Part shown: positions 38,227 to 47,135 of the stretch, piece after piece
Position numbering within the stretch: the stretch's first letter is position 1
Layout of the letters: each line of letters begins with the position of its first letter
From: Chlorobiota bacterium
GTDB taxonomy: Bacteria; Bacteroidota; Ignavibacteria; Kapaibacteriales; HRBIN21
Direction: 5' to 3'
Assembly: GCA_039630485.1 (NCBI GenBank)
Contig: JBCNUX010000002.1
Coordinates: forward strand, 8,273 to 72,272
DNA length: 64,000 nucleotides
Translations under genes and position numbers: made by a program
Notes under the pieces: model-generated
Told to the model about the DNA's origin: nothing
What the model saw: the letters and a program-made list of their open reading frames with translations, nothing else
The model's database searches: none

Positions 38227-39573
38227 TCACGCTTCGGTCGTTACCGCTCTGCCCAAGGGGAAGGCGCTACGCCGGAGTGCGTGCACGACGTTTAGTGGGA
38301 CGTAGCCATGAGTAGGCTTGCAGCGGGCCTCGAATTCCTCGCGGAACTTCGTAACGAAGCCCCGGACAGCCCATGCTGCAGCGTCCGCCAGAGCGCAGAT
38401 GGTATGGCCCTCCATCTGGTTGCAGATGTCTACGAGCAGGTCAACGTCTTGCGTAGTGGCCTCCCCGGCAACAAAGCGGGCTAGGATCTTTTCAAGCCAC
38501 CCACAGCCCTCGCGGCAGGGAGTGCACTGCCCACATGACTCGTGGTGGTAGAAGCGAGCGATTCGCCAGGTGACGCGCACAATGTCCGTGTCTTCATCCA
38601 TCACGATGATTCCTGCCGTCCCGATATGGGTACCCAACTGCTTGAGCGACTCCTCGTCCATACGTACCCCCTCGATCTCATCGCCTCGTAACGGCGGCAT
38701 AGAGCTTCCACCAGGGATGACAGCCTTAACCCTCTTGCCGTTTGGAATGCCGCCGCCGACATCGAAGAGAAGCTCTGTCAGGAAGGTGCCTGTCGGGAGC
38801 TCGTAGACCCCGGGACGGTTGATGTGCCCACTGAGTCCATAGAGAATGGTGCCTGGATGACCAGGAGCGCCAATTTGAGCGTAAGCTGCGCCACCCATGC
38901 GAATGATTGGGGGGACAGCGGCAATCGTCTCGACGTTGTTGATAGTCGTCGGCATACCCCACAGACCGCGCTGGGCAGGGAAGGGGGGTTTGAAGCGAGG
39001 ATAGCCCCGCTTGCCCTCAATGGACTCCATCAGCGCTGTCTCCTCCCCGCAGATGTAGGCGCCTGCGCCTTTGTGGAGAACGATGCCTAAGCTATAGCTG
39101 GTCCCAAAGGTCTGGCGCATCCGCTCGCCAACGAGCCCGCGGTCGTAAGCCTCCCGGAGAGCCTGCTCTAACAGCCGATACCATCGGTGGTACTCGCCCC
39201 GGATGTACACGAACGCCTTGGTGATGCCCATAGCGTAGCCGGCGATCAGGATGCCTTCTAGTAGCTGATGGGGGTTGAACTCCAGGATCTGCCGGTCCTT
39301 GAAAGAGCCTGGCTCGGATTCGTCAGCGTTAACAACCAAGTACTTGGGCCTACTGGAGTCTTTCGGCATGAAGCTCCACTTCAGTCCCGTTGGGAAGCAA
39401 GCACCTCCACGTCCCCGGAGTCCAGAACGCTTGACTTCTTCAATGACTTCTTCCGGCGTCATCCTCAGGGCTTTGCGGAAGGCCTCATACCCTCCGTGCT
39501 GGAGGTAGACCTCTAGGCGGTGGAGGTTCGGGATGTCAGGCAACAGCAGCTTTGGCGTCTGTCCCATAGCCAT
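38227..39573 (-). CDS. nuoF: NADH-quinone oxidoreductase subunit F homologue (NuoF/Nqo1-type FMN and 4Fe-4S flavoprotein), stand-alone
   Basis: GLRGRGGACFPTGLKW, NADESEPGSFKDR, GEETALMESIEG, ESCGQCTPCREG plus ICALADAA (N3 cluster cysteines). Start at ATG 39573 or 39567; the ORF-track start at 39627 is a TTG. Confidence 0.88.
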   Translation of the reverse strand: MAMGQTPKLLLPDIPNLHRLEVYLQHGGYEAFRKALRMTPEEVIEEVKRSGLRGRGGACFPTGLKWSFMPKDSSRPKYLVVNADESEPGSFKDRQILEFNPHQLLEGILIAGYAMGITKAFVYIRGEYHRWYRLLEQALREAYDRGLVGERMRQTFGTSYSLGIVLHKGAGAYICGEETALMESIEGKRGYPRFKPPFPAQRGLWGMPTTINNVETIAAVPPIIRMGGAAYAQIGAPGHPGTILYGLSGHINRPGVYELPTGTFLTELLFDVGGGIPNGKRVKAVIPGGSSMPPLRGDEIEGVRMDEESLKQLGTHIGTAGIIVMDEDTDIVRVTWRIARFYHHESCGQCTPCREGCGWLEKILARFVAGEATTQDVDLLVDICNQMEGHTICALADAAAWAVRGFVTKFREEFEARCKPTHGYVPLNVVHALRRSAFPLGRAVTTEA

Positions 39574-39623
39574 GCAAGGGCACGAGATACCGTCCACAAA
39601 TATATCGCTTCGCCATGAGCTCC

Positions 39624-40223
39624 TCAAGGAGGAATGTCATCTGCGTAGAGGGGCCCGGACTCTGTAATGACGACATCTAATTGGACGTCGTGAGGCGCGT
39701 GCGGGATGAATCCCACAGCCTGGACAGAAAAGGCCAGCCCAACGCGGCGGGCTCGGACGCGCCGAAGGAAGCGGTCGTAGTACCCCTGTCCATAGCCTAA
39801 GCGGTAGAGCTGTCGGTCATAGGCGACAACGGGGACAATAACGACGTCGGCTGGTGAAAGACCGAGCGCTTCTGCCGTCATCCACTCGGTTGGCGGGACA
39901 TCTGGCTCCGGAATCCCCCAGCGGTTGTAGCGGAGACGGAGAGGAAGCCGGAGCCATGCGTGGAGCAGTTCAGGTTGGCCTTCTACGACAATTGGGACCG
40001 CCACCCGTTTCCCTAAGTCCAGAAGGCGTTGGCAGAGCGTGTGGGTATCTACCTCTGTGCCGAAAGAGAAGTAAGAGTGGACGATGGCAGCCTCCCGTAC
40101 CCAGGGGTGAGCGAGTACGAGGCTGCAAATCTGCTCGGAGAACCGCTGACGCAGTTCTTTCGGTAGAGCGGCACGTCGTTGGAGTGCCTGCTGGCGAAGT
40201 TCTGCTTTGCTTGGGGCGTTCAT
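39624..40223 (-). CDS. 5-formyltetrahydrofolate cyclo-ligase
   Basis: 199 aa. N-terminal K.ELRQQALQRRAAL pattern and C-terminal GYGQGYYDRFL motif. Confidence 0.85.
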   Translation of the reverse strand: MNAPSKAELRQQALQRRAALPKELRQRFSEQICSLVLAHPWVREAAIVHSYFSFGTEVDTHTLCQRLLDLGKRVAVPIVVEGQPELLHAWLRLPLRLRYNRWGIPEPDVPPTEWMTAEALGLSPADVVIVPVVAYDRQLYRLGYGQGYYDRFLRRVRARRVGLAFSVQAVGFIPHAPHDVQLDVVITESGPLYADDIPP

Positions 40224-41143
40224 CGCTGTGCCGCCACGTACCGGACTCTTGGAAGCTGAGCAAGCCCAGTCCCTACCAGGATGAGAGCGGCACCAAAGAG
40301 TTCCCGCACAGTGAAATGCTCGCTCAAAGCTATCCAGGCGATCACACTTGCAATCAAGGGTTCAAGGGCATAGATGAGTGTTGCACGGAAGGGTGTAGTG
40401 TAACGCTGGTAGTGCGTTTGTAGTAGCATGGCAGTCAGGGAGGCTAGGAAGGCAGTGTAGGCGAGAGCAAGGAGGAGAGCTGGAAGGAAGCTCCAGTTGG
40501 GGTGGAGAGGAAAGGCGGGACTCCCGGCCGCAGCAGCGATTCCATAAGCCGCGAAGCCAGCCAGGGCAGTGACGGCAAGCTGGACGAACGTCAAACGGAG
40601 GCTATACCCTAGGGCGCTGGAACCGGAACGCGTGAAAGAGTCTAGCGCTACGATGTATAACCCCCAGAAGAGTGTGCTGAGGATTGTCAGTACGTCTCCA
40701 AGATTCCACCCCTCCAGGCTGGGAGCTGTCAACTGCCAAAGCCCAACGAGTGTCATGCCAGCTCCGAGCCATTCCCATCCCGAAATCCGACGATGCTGGA
40801 ACAATAGCTGGAAGCCAGGGACGAGAGCGAGTGTTGTTCCTGTGATGAATGCCGATCGGGAGGCTGTTGTGTAGAGCAGTCCCGCTGTCTGCAGTAGGAA
40901 CCCTCCGGCTAACAGAATCCCCAGAATCCCTCCATGCCGTAGCGCTGTGACTTCCCAGCGGTGGAATGAACCATGCCAAAGGATGAGCAGGCCAACTGTC
41001 GCTAAGAGGAACCGAAGGCCGATGAAGAGGAAGGGGGAGATATGGGCAATGATCCCTTTGACGACCACAAATGTCCCAGCCCAGATGAACGTGATGCCGA
41101 GCAAGATGAGCTCAGCCTTCCACGCGGGGACGCTTTGTGGCAT
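40220..41143 (-). CDS. EamA/DMT-superfamily transporter
   Basis: Ten predicted TM segments in two EamA-like halves. Start set to ATG at 41143, which still overlaps nth by 32 nt. Confidence 0.8.
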   Translation of the reverse strand: MPQSVPAWKAELILLGITFIWAGTFVVVKGIIAHISPFLFIGLRFLLATVGLLILWHGSFHRWEVTALRHGGILGILLAGGFLLQTAGLLYTTASRSAFITGTTLALVPGFQLLFQHRRISGWEWLGAGMTLVGLWQLTAPSLEGWNLGDVLTILSTLFWGLYIVALDSFTRSGSSALGYSLRLTFVQLAVTALAGFAAYGIAAAAGSPAFPLHPNWSFLPALLLALAYTAFLASLTAMLLQTHYQRYTTPFRATLIYALEPLIASVIAWIALSEHFTVRELFGAALILVGTGLAQLPRVRYVAAQR

Positions 41144-41807
41144 GAGTTGCTGGTTCAATAGCTGCCGAGGGGCACAAGTCCCGAAGGATACAGATAGCAC
41201 ATCGCGGGCGGTGGGCCTTACAGACGTTTCTCCCGTGGGCAATCATGAGGTGGGTGAACTGCACCCACTCTGACTTCGGGACTAGCTCCATCAGGCGGTA
41301 TTCAATTCGTTCGCGATTGTTTGTGGTGACGAATCCCAACCGTTGGACTAGCCGGGCAACGTGGGTATCGACGACGATACCCTGAGGCTCGAAGAATTCG
41401 CCCAGCACGACATTGGCAGTCTTTCGCCCGACGCCCGGTAGACTTGTGAGCTCTTCCAGAGTCTTTGGAACTTCGCCTCCAAAACGTTCCAGAAGAGCTT
41501 GGCAGCACTCTCGGATGTGGCGTGCCTTGGACTTGTAGTACCCCGTTGGATAGATGTCCCGCTCGAGCTCCTCAACGGGCACTCGTAAGTAATCCTCCGG
41601 GGTGCGGTACTTCTGGAAGAGGCTCTCTGTTACCTGGTTGACCCGTTCGTCGGTGCACTGGGCGGAGAGGATTGTCGCAATCAGCAGCTCGAACGGAGAC
41701 TGGTAACGTAGTTGGATGCGTGCTTCAGGATACTCAGCGCGGAGACGGCGGAGTACTTCTGCCATCCGTGCGCGCTCGGGGTCTTCTGCAGGTCGGTGCT
41801 GCTCCAT
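41112..41807 (-). CDS. nth: Endonuclease III (DNA-(apurinic/apyrimidinic site) lyase)
   Basis: HhH-GPD motif LPGVGRKTANVVL and the C-terminal 4Fe-4S ligand set C-x6-C-x2-C-x5-C. Confidence 0.93.
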   Translation of the reverse strand: MEQHRPAEDPERARMAEVLRRLRAEYPEARIQLRYQSPFELLIATILSAQCTDERVNQVTESLFQKYRTPEDYLRVPVEELERDIYPTGYYKSKARHIRECCQALLERFGGEVPKTLEELTSLPGVGRKTANVVLGEFFEPQGIVVDTHVARLVQRLGFVTTNNRERIEYRLMELVPKSEWVQFTHLMIAHGRNVCKAHRPRCAICILRDLCPSAAIEPATHATKRPRVEG

Positions 41808-41810
41808 GGA

Positions 41811-42512
41811 CTACTCTGCAGTGAGCGACATGCCGTAACGAGTACACAAGGAGTCAGGCGTTGTACGGTAGTAGCGGTAGGTCGGGAAGTTGACGCGGGC
41901 AATCCGTGCGCCGGCAGCGCAGGCTTTTTGGTAGAAGGCTGCATCGTCGGCAAATCGGAGTTGAGGATAGCCGATCTCCAAAGCTAAGGTCCGACGCACA
42001 ACGAAGGTCCCTCCGACAGCGCACTCGCTGATGTGAATCCACCGCCGAAGGTCATTCCGGTCAGGCACAAATGGGGGACCGATGACTTCTACACCCCCAA
42101 GGAGGAAGTCTACCTGCGGATGCTGCTGTAGGTACTCAGCTCGTAGGCTGAGGTGTGTGGGGTGATATTCGTCGTCGGAGTCCAGGAACGTGATGAACTC
42201 TCCACGGGCACGGAGGATGCCGTAGTGTCGTGCAGCCCCGGGACCGCGATGAGCCGTTCGATAGAAGCGGAAGCGCGGGTCCTCCTGTGCTAGGAGAGCT
42301 ACAAGGAATGGGGTGACATCCGTTCCGCCATCATCTATGACGAGAGCTTCCCAGTGCTGCCACTGTTGCCGTAAGAGGGATCGGAGGGCACGAAGGAACA
42401 AACGGGCTCTGTTGCGTGTACACAGGATGACGGAGAAGAATGGTGTCGACGAGGGGTGCACGGTCTGGGGAGCTTCTGTCCTTGGGGCCTTCGCTACTGC
42501 TCCGTTTCCCAT
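41811..42512 (-). CDS. Family 2 glycosyltransferase
   Basis: [18 protein letters not shown] and DSDD (DxD) motifs. An alternative GTG start at 42461 would remove the 19-nt overlap with purE. Confidence 0.8.
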   Translation of the reverse strand: MGNGAVAKAPRTEAPQTVHPSSTPFFSVILCTRNRARLFLRALRSLLRQQWQHWEALVIDDGGTDVTPFLVALLAQEDPRFRFYRTAHRGPGAARHYGILRARGEFITFLDSDDEYHPTHLSLRAEYLQQHPQVDFLLGGVEVIGPPFVPDRNDLRRWIHISECAVGGTFVVRRTLALEIGYPQLRFADDAAFYQKACAAGARIARVNFPTYRYYRTTPDSLCTRYGMSLTAE

Positions 42513-43045
42513 GGCGGAGGATCTCCGTCCCAGTTCGGGGGTAGCAGAATTGGAGTAAAGGCGGGATTCGTGCGGTTGCTGTCCCGCACAGTGCGTGCTA
42601 ACTGCTGACGATATGCCACTACCTTCTCCATCAGCTCAGGACGCTCAGTCGCGAGGATTTGGATAGCAAGCAATCCCGCATTCCGTCCTGCTCCAATCGC
42701 AACGGTTGCAACAGGGACTCCTGCTGGCATCTGTACAATCGAGAGCAGAGAATCCTGGCCCTGAAGGTGCCGTGACGGGACAGGGACTCCGATAACGGGT
42801 AATGGCGAGAATGCTGCCAGCATTCCCGGGAGATGTGCCGCGCCTCCAGCACCTGCGATGATGACCTTTAATCCCCGGGAGTGGGCCGTCTTGCCGTACC
42901 ACGCCATATCCCACGGGGTTCGATGGGCCGAAAGCACTCGCATTTCGTATGGGACGCCGAACTCCTGGCAGACGGCAGCAGCCTCTTGCATGACGACCAG
43001 GTCAGATTCGCTCCCCATAACAATTCCAACCAGTGGAGTCTGCAT
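42494..43045 (-). CDS. purE: 5-(carboxyamino)imidazole ribonucleotide mutase
   Basis: [11 protein letters not shown] and [10 protein letters not shown] motifs. The ATG at 43045 lies 1 nt after the engB stop. Confidence 0.92.
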   Translation of the reverse strand: MQTPLVGIVMGSESDLVVMQEAAAVCQEFGVPYEMRVLSAHRTPWDMAWYGKTAHSRGLKVIIAGAGGAAHLPGMLAAFSPLPVIGVPVPSRHLQGQDSLLSIVQMPAGVPVATVAIGAGRNAGLLAIQILATERPELMEKVVAYRQQLARTVRDSNRTNPAFTPILLPPNWDGDPPPWETEQ

Positions 43046-43046
43046 C

Positions 43047-43727
43047 TCAGCTTCTGAGGCTTGGTTCCATGCAGTAGCGGCGAGCAATCCCTAAGAGGGC
43101 ATCCTGCCCCAAACCTGTTCGAGCTGACGTCGGCAAGACCTCGACAACATACCGGCAGCGTTGCAGGAGGGACTCCAGCTGCTGCTTACGCTGTAGAACG
43201 GCGGTCTGCGACACCTTGTCGCATTTCGTTAGTACAACGACGAATGGACGGTGGTGGTTTTCTGCTAGTTCCATAATTGCCATGTCCCACGGAGTCGGGT
43301 CGTGTCGGCAATCCACCAAGACGCAGACGAGGCGGAGTTGTTGACGTTGCTCAAGGTATGAGCGAATAAGCTGTGTCCACGACCGGCGCTGTGTCCGTGC
43401 GACTGCTGCATAGCCTACTCCGGGGAAATCGACCCATAGCCACTGGTTCTCGACCAGGTAGAACATTGCCACACGTGTACAGCCGGGCGTTCGACTCACG
43501 CGGGCCAATCGCCGCTGCGCTACCAGGGAGTTCAACAGAGAAGACTTCCCAACATTAGAACGCCCGACGAAGGCAACCTCTGGGTAGGAGGTCTCAGGGA
43601 ACTGCTTCACAGAGGTGGCACAAGCATACAGGCGCGCGTGGACCCTTACCCCATCGGGGCTTGGAAAGAGCCCGCTATGAAGCTCTCGAGCTTTGGGCCT
43701 CGCTGGTTTCCGTCGCGGCCCAGTCAA
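43047..43727 (-). CDS. engB: Ribosome biogenesis GTP-binding protein YsxC/EngB
   Basis: [21 protein letters not shown]1, DFPGVGYA G3-like and TKCDK G4. TTG start overlaps the rplQ 3' end by 53 nt. No in-frame ATG or GTG lies closer to the G domain. Confidence 0.88.
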   Translation of the reverse strand: MTGPRRKPARPKARELHSGLFPSPDGVRVHARLYACATSVKQFPETSYPEVAFVGRSNVGKSSLLNSLVAQRRLARVSRTPGCTRVAMFYLVENQWLWVDFPGVGYAAVARTQRRSWTQLIRSYLEQRQQLRLVCVLVDCRHDPTPWDMAIMELAENHHRPFVVVLTKCDKVSQTAVLQRKQQLESLLQRCRYVVEVLPTSARTGLGQDALLGIARRYCMEPSLRS

Positions 43728-44121
43728 CCAGCTCTATCATCGCCATCCGGGAGCCGTCCCCACGTCGATAGCCTCCCAGCTTGATGATTCGGGTATATCC
43801 TCCTGGGCGGTCTATCACCTTCGGTGCGACGGCTCCGAAGAGCTCCTGGATGGCTTTTTTGTCGCGAATGAAGCGACCAACCATCCGGCGTTGATGGAGA
43901 TCTACGGTCCACCCTTCGGGTAGTTGCTGTTGCTGCTCTCGAATGGCAGCCCGCTTGGCACGGGTGATGAGGCGCTCAACGAAAGGCCGTAGTGCCTTGG
44001 CTTTTGCTTCTGTCGTTACGATACGTTTGTGCAGGATGAGGGCAGTTGCCAAGTGGGTCAGTAGAGCCTTGCGGTGAGATGCCGTCCGTTTGAGCTTCCA
44101 GACCTTATCCCGGTGGCGCAT
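43675..44121 (-). CDS. rplQ: 50S ribosomal protein L17
   Basis: [21 protein letters not shown]... is a canonical L17 N-terminus. Operon position after rpoA. Confidence 0.95.
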   Translation of the reverse strand: MRHRDKVWKLKRTASHRKALLTHLATALILHKRIVTTEAKAKALRPFVERLITRAKRAAIREQQQQLPEGWTVDLHQRRMVGRFIRDKKAIQELFGAVAPKVIDRPGGYTRIIKLGGYRRGDGSRMAMIELVDWAATETSEAQSSRAS

Positions 44122-44145
44122 GGGCTGTTCTCCACGTGGTAGGAC

Positions 44146-45144
44146 TTATCGGGCCTTCTCCTCCAGTTCCTCAGGAGTCATTCCCAGTCGTAATCCGTAG
44201 AGCTCAAGGGCATGCTGGATTTCCTCTACAGCCCGCGGTCCAATGCCTCGCTCGCGTTGCAGCTCCTGGGGCTGCCACCGAACGAGTTCGCTAACAGTCT
44301 TAATCCCAAGGGAGAGCAATCGGTTGAGTGTCCGAGCGCTCAGCCCCAAATGTTCCACAGGTGTTGTCAGCAATGCTGTTGCAGGAGCTGCTCCTGTCGC
44401 TTCTACTTCAGCTGGAGCGGGACGGGCCTCTTCTTCTGGAGCCATCACCGCTGGGATCGTGAAGAAGAGCTGCAGGTGCTGCTGTAGGAGCTGAGCTGCT
44501 TGGCGAACAGCATCCTGTGCAGTAATACCGCCGTCGGTCCGGACTTCGAGGATGAGTTTGTCGTAGTCCGTCCGCCGCCCAACTCGGAAGGGCTCAACGT
44601 GGAAAGCAACCTGCCGGATAGGGGAGAAGAGCCCGTCAATGGTGAGCATCCCTACTGGAGCATCCTCTAAGACAATTTCTTCTGCCGGCACGTATCCGCG
44701 TCCTCGGACGATACGCAGTTCCGCCTCAATCTTGCCATCCTCAGCTATGGTAGCGATGTGGTGCTCTGGATTGAGCACTTCGATCTCAGAGGATGCCCGC
44801 TGGATGTCAGCGGCAGTCCACTCGGTTGGCCCTTGCAGGTTGAGACGGACTCGGACGGGGCGGTCCGGCATTAGCATGCGGAGCCGTACCTGCTTGAGGT
44901 TAAGCAGGATTTCCATGACGTCCTCGACGACTCCGGGCAGGGTCTGGAACTCATGCTGAACCCCACTGATCCGTACTCCAACGATCGCAGCCCCGGGTAT
45001 GGAAGAGAACAGCACGCGCCGGAGGGCGTTTCCAAGGGTTGTCCCATAGCCGCGCTCCAACGGCTGGAGAATGAAGCGAGCATGCGTGGGGGTAGAAGTA
45101 GGGTCTATGAGGATACGCTCTGGCATGAGCAGCTCTGTAGCCAT
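44146..45144 (-). CDS. rpoA: DNA-directed RNA polymerase subunit alpha
   Basis: 332 aa. GNALRRVLFSSIPGAA motif. Operon position. Confidence 0.95.
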   Translation of the reverse strand: MATELLMPERILIDPTSTPTHARFILQPLERGYGTTLGNALRRVLFSSIPGAAIVGVRISGVQHEFQTLPGVVEDVMEILLNLKQVRLRMLMPDRPVRVRLNLQGPTEWTAADIQRASSEIEVLNPEHHIATIAEDGKIEAELRIVRGRGYVPAEEIVLEDAPVGMLTIDGLFSPIRQVAFHVEPFRVGRRTDYDKLILEVRTDGGITAQDAVRQAAQLLQQHLQLFFTIPAVMAPEEEARPAPAEVEATGAAPATALLTTPVEHLGLSARTLNRLLSLGIKTVSELVRWQPQELQRERGIGPRAVEEIQHALELYGLRLGMTPEELEEKAR

Positions 45145-45176
45145 TGCTGCGGGGGGGTTAGTGGTACCTTATCACG

Positions 45177-45566
45177 TTAGACGCGCCGCCGCCTCGGTGG
45201 CCGGCAGCCGTTGTGGGGGATTGGAGTAGCATCCACAATGGAGAGGATCTCTAGGCCAGCCTGAGCGACTGCTCGGATAGCCGCTTCCCGACCAGCCCCA
45301 GGCCCTTTGACGATGACGTCTACCTTCCGGAGGCCCATGTCGTAAGCTTCCTTAGCTGCCCGCTCCGCTGCCAACTGCGCTGCGTAGGGGGTGCTCTTCT
45401 TGGTCCCTCGGAATCCAACTCGCCCTCCAGAGGACCAGGTGAGGACATTGCCGTAAGGGTCGGTAACCGTGACGATGGTGTTGTTGAACGTAGCCTGAAT
45501 ATACACCCGACCGTGGGTGTCGGTAACAGTCTTCTTCTTTGTACGCTTGCCCTTTGGAGCAGCCAT
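45177..45566 (-). CDS. rpsK: 30S ribosomal protein S11
   Basis: 129 aa. [14 protein letters not shown] and [13 protein letters not shown] termini. Confidence 0.95.
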   Translation of the reverse strand: MAAPKGKRTKKKTVTDTHGRVYIQATFNNTIVTVTDPYGNVLTWSSGGRVGFRGTKKSTPYAAQLAAERAAKEAYDMGLRKVDVIVKGPGAGREAAIRAVAQAGLEILSIVDATPIPHNGCRPPRRRRV

Positions 45567-45589
45567 ATCCCGTTCCCGTGCTGATGAGA

Positions 45590-45967
45590 CTACTTCTTGA
45601 CAGCCTTCTTCTTCCCAGCGACCGTCTTCCGCTTCCCCTTACGAGTTCGGGCATTCGTGCGCGTACGCTGTCCTCGGACGGGCAGCCCCATTCGGTGGCG
45701 GAGACCACGGTAGCAGCCGATGTCTATGAGGCGCTTGATGTTCATTTGGACTTCGCTTCGGAGCTGCCCTTCTACTTTGTAGTCCTGGACGACCGAGCGA
45801 AGACGAGCAATTTCTGCGTCGGTCCACTCCATAACCTTCTTCATCGGGTCCACGTTCGCTCGGTGCAGTACCTCTAACGCCCGTGTCCGGCCAATACCGT
45901 AGATGTAGGTCAGTGCGATGAAGCCTCGCTTGTTCTTCGGCAGGTCTACTCCAGCGATCCGTGCCAT
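45590..45967 (-). CDS. rpsM: 30S ribosomal protein S13
   Basis: [14 protein letters not shown]... is a canonical S13 N-terminus. Confidence 0.95.
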   Translation of the reverse strand: MARIAGVDLPKNKRGFIALTYIYGIGRTRALEVLHRANVDPMKKVMEWTDAEIARLRSVVQDYKVEGQLRSEVQMNIKRLIDIGCYRGLRHRMGLPVRGQRTRTNARTRKGKRKTVAGKKKAVKK

Positions 45968-45990
45968 CGGTGTTCCCTTCCCTCAGTAGC

Positions 45991-46107
45991 TCAACCTTGC
46001 CGCTGCTTGAAGCGTGGATTCTTCTTGTTGATGATGTAGATGCGCCCCTTCCGGCGCACAACCTTGTCGTCGGGACTGCGGCGCTTGACGGAAGCTTGAA
46101 CCTTCAT
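45991..46107 (-). CDS. rpmJ: 50S ribosomal protein L36 (Cys-less, non-zinc form)
   Basis: Not in the ORF track (38 aa). My translation is [38 protein letters not shown]. Position between infA and rpsM. Confidence 0.9.
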   Translation of the reverse strand: MKVQASVKRRSPDDKVVRRKGRIYIINKKNPRFKQRQG

Positions 46108-46130
46108 GGTCGCTCTACCAGGACCTGTTC

Positions 46131-46349
46131 CTACTTATACCGGTAGATGATGCGTCCCTTCGTCAGGTCGTAGGGGGATAGCTCCAGTGTGACACGGTCT
46201 CCCGGCAGGATCTTGATGTAGTGCAGTCGCATCTTGCCAGAGATGTGGGCAATCACTTTATGACCGTTGTCCAACCTGACAACGAACTGTGTTCCTGGCA
46301 AGGTCTCTTCGACAACACCGTCGACACGAATCGGCTGTTCCTTCGGCAT
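46131..46349 (-). CDS. infA: Translation initiation factor IF-1
   Basis: 72 aa. S1-like fold sequence ...[13 protein letters not shown]...ILPGDRV. Confidence 0.95.
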   Translation of the reverse strand: MPKEQPIRVDGVVEETLPGTQFVVRLDNGHKVIAHISGKMRLHYIKILPGDRVTLELSPYDLTKGRIIYRYK

Positions 46350-46352
46350 GAC

Positions 46353-47135
46353 TTACCAGTGAGTTAGGACGATTGGGGGCGACGCCACTAGGACAGTATG
46401 TTCAAAGTGTGCTGCTAGTGAGCCATCAGCAGTGTAGACAGTCCATCCATCGGCGGCAACACGAACGTCGGGTAGGCCTACAGCGACCATGGGTTCGATG
46501 GCAATCGCTTGGCCCGAACGCAGACGCTCGTTCGGGAAGCGCCACCGTAGGTTGCCTGTTGGGACAAAGTTTGGGATTGATGGGGCCTCATGGAGGCGCC
46601 GACCAATCCCATGGCCTGTAAGCTCCCGTATGACGGAGCAATTGTGACGCTCAACGTGGTGCTGAATTGCAGCAGCGACATCGTAGACGCGGTTTCCTGG
46701 CGTTGCTTGCTCAATCCCTAACCATAAAGCCTCCTCCGTCACTTGGAGAAGGCGCTCTGCCTCTGCGGAGATGGAGCCAATCCCAACAGTAAAGGCAGCG
46801 TCGGCGTAGTAGCTCCCCTTTCGGACTCCGCAATCTACGGAAACGATCTGCCCCTCTTGCAGTTGCCGTTCAGCGCTTGGCATTCCGTGTACGACCTCGT
46901 GGTCGATCGAGATGCAGAGAGTGTAGGGGTAGCGGCGCCCTTCTACTACGTACCCCTTGAAGGCAGGTTCTGCGCCCTGAGAGCGTATTAGCTCTTCCGC
47001 AAGTTGATCCAGTTCTAGCGTGCTTTTTCCTGGACGAAGCTCTTTGCGGATCTGCTGTAGAACGGTGGAGAGCACATGGGCTGCCTGCTCTAGGCCTTGG
47101 TACCTGGAAGTCAGTATTGCCGGGAAAGACCTCAT
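46353..47135 (-). CDS. map: Type I methionyl aminopeptidase
   Basis: 260 aa. Metal-ligand regions VSVDCGV, TGHGIGR and the IEPM/FEHT pattern. Confidence 0.92.
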   Translation of the reverse strand: MRSFPAILTSRYQGLEQAAHVLSTVLQQIRKELRPGKSTLELDQLAEELIRSQGAEPAFKGYVVEGRRYPYTLCISIDHEVVHGMPSAERQLQEGQIVSVDCGVRKGSYYADAAFTVGIGSISAEAERLLQVTEEALWLGIEQATPGNRVYDVAAAIQHHVERHNCSVIRELTGHGIGRRLHEAPSIPNFVPTGNLRWRFPNERLRSGQAIAIEPMVAVGLPDVRVAADGWTVYTADGSLAAHFEHTVLVASPPIVLTHW

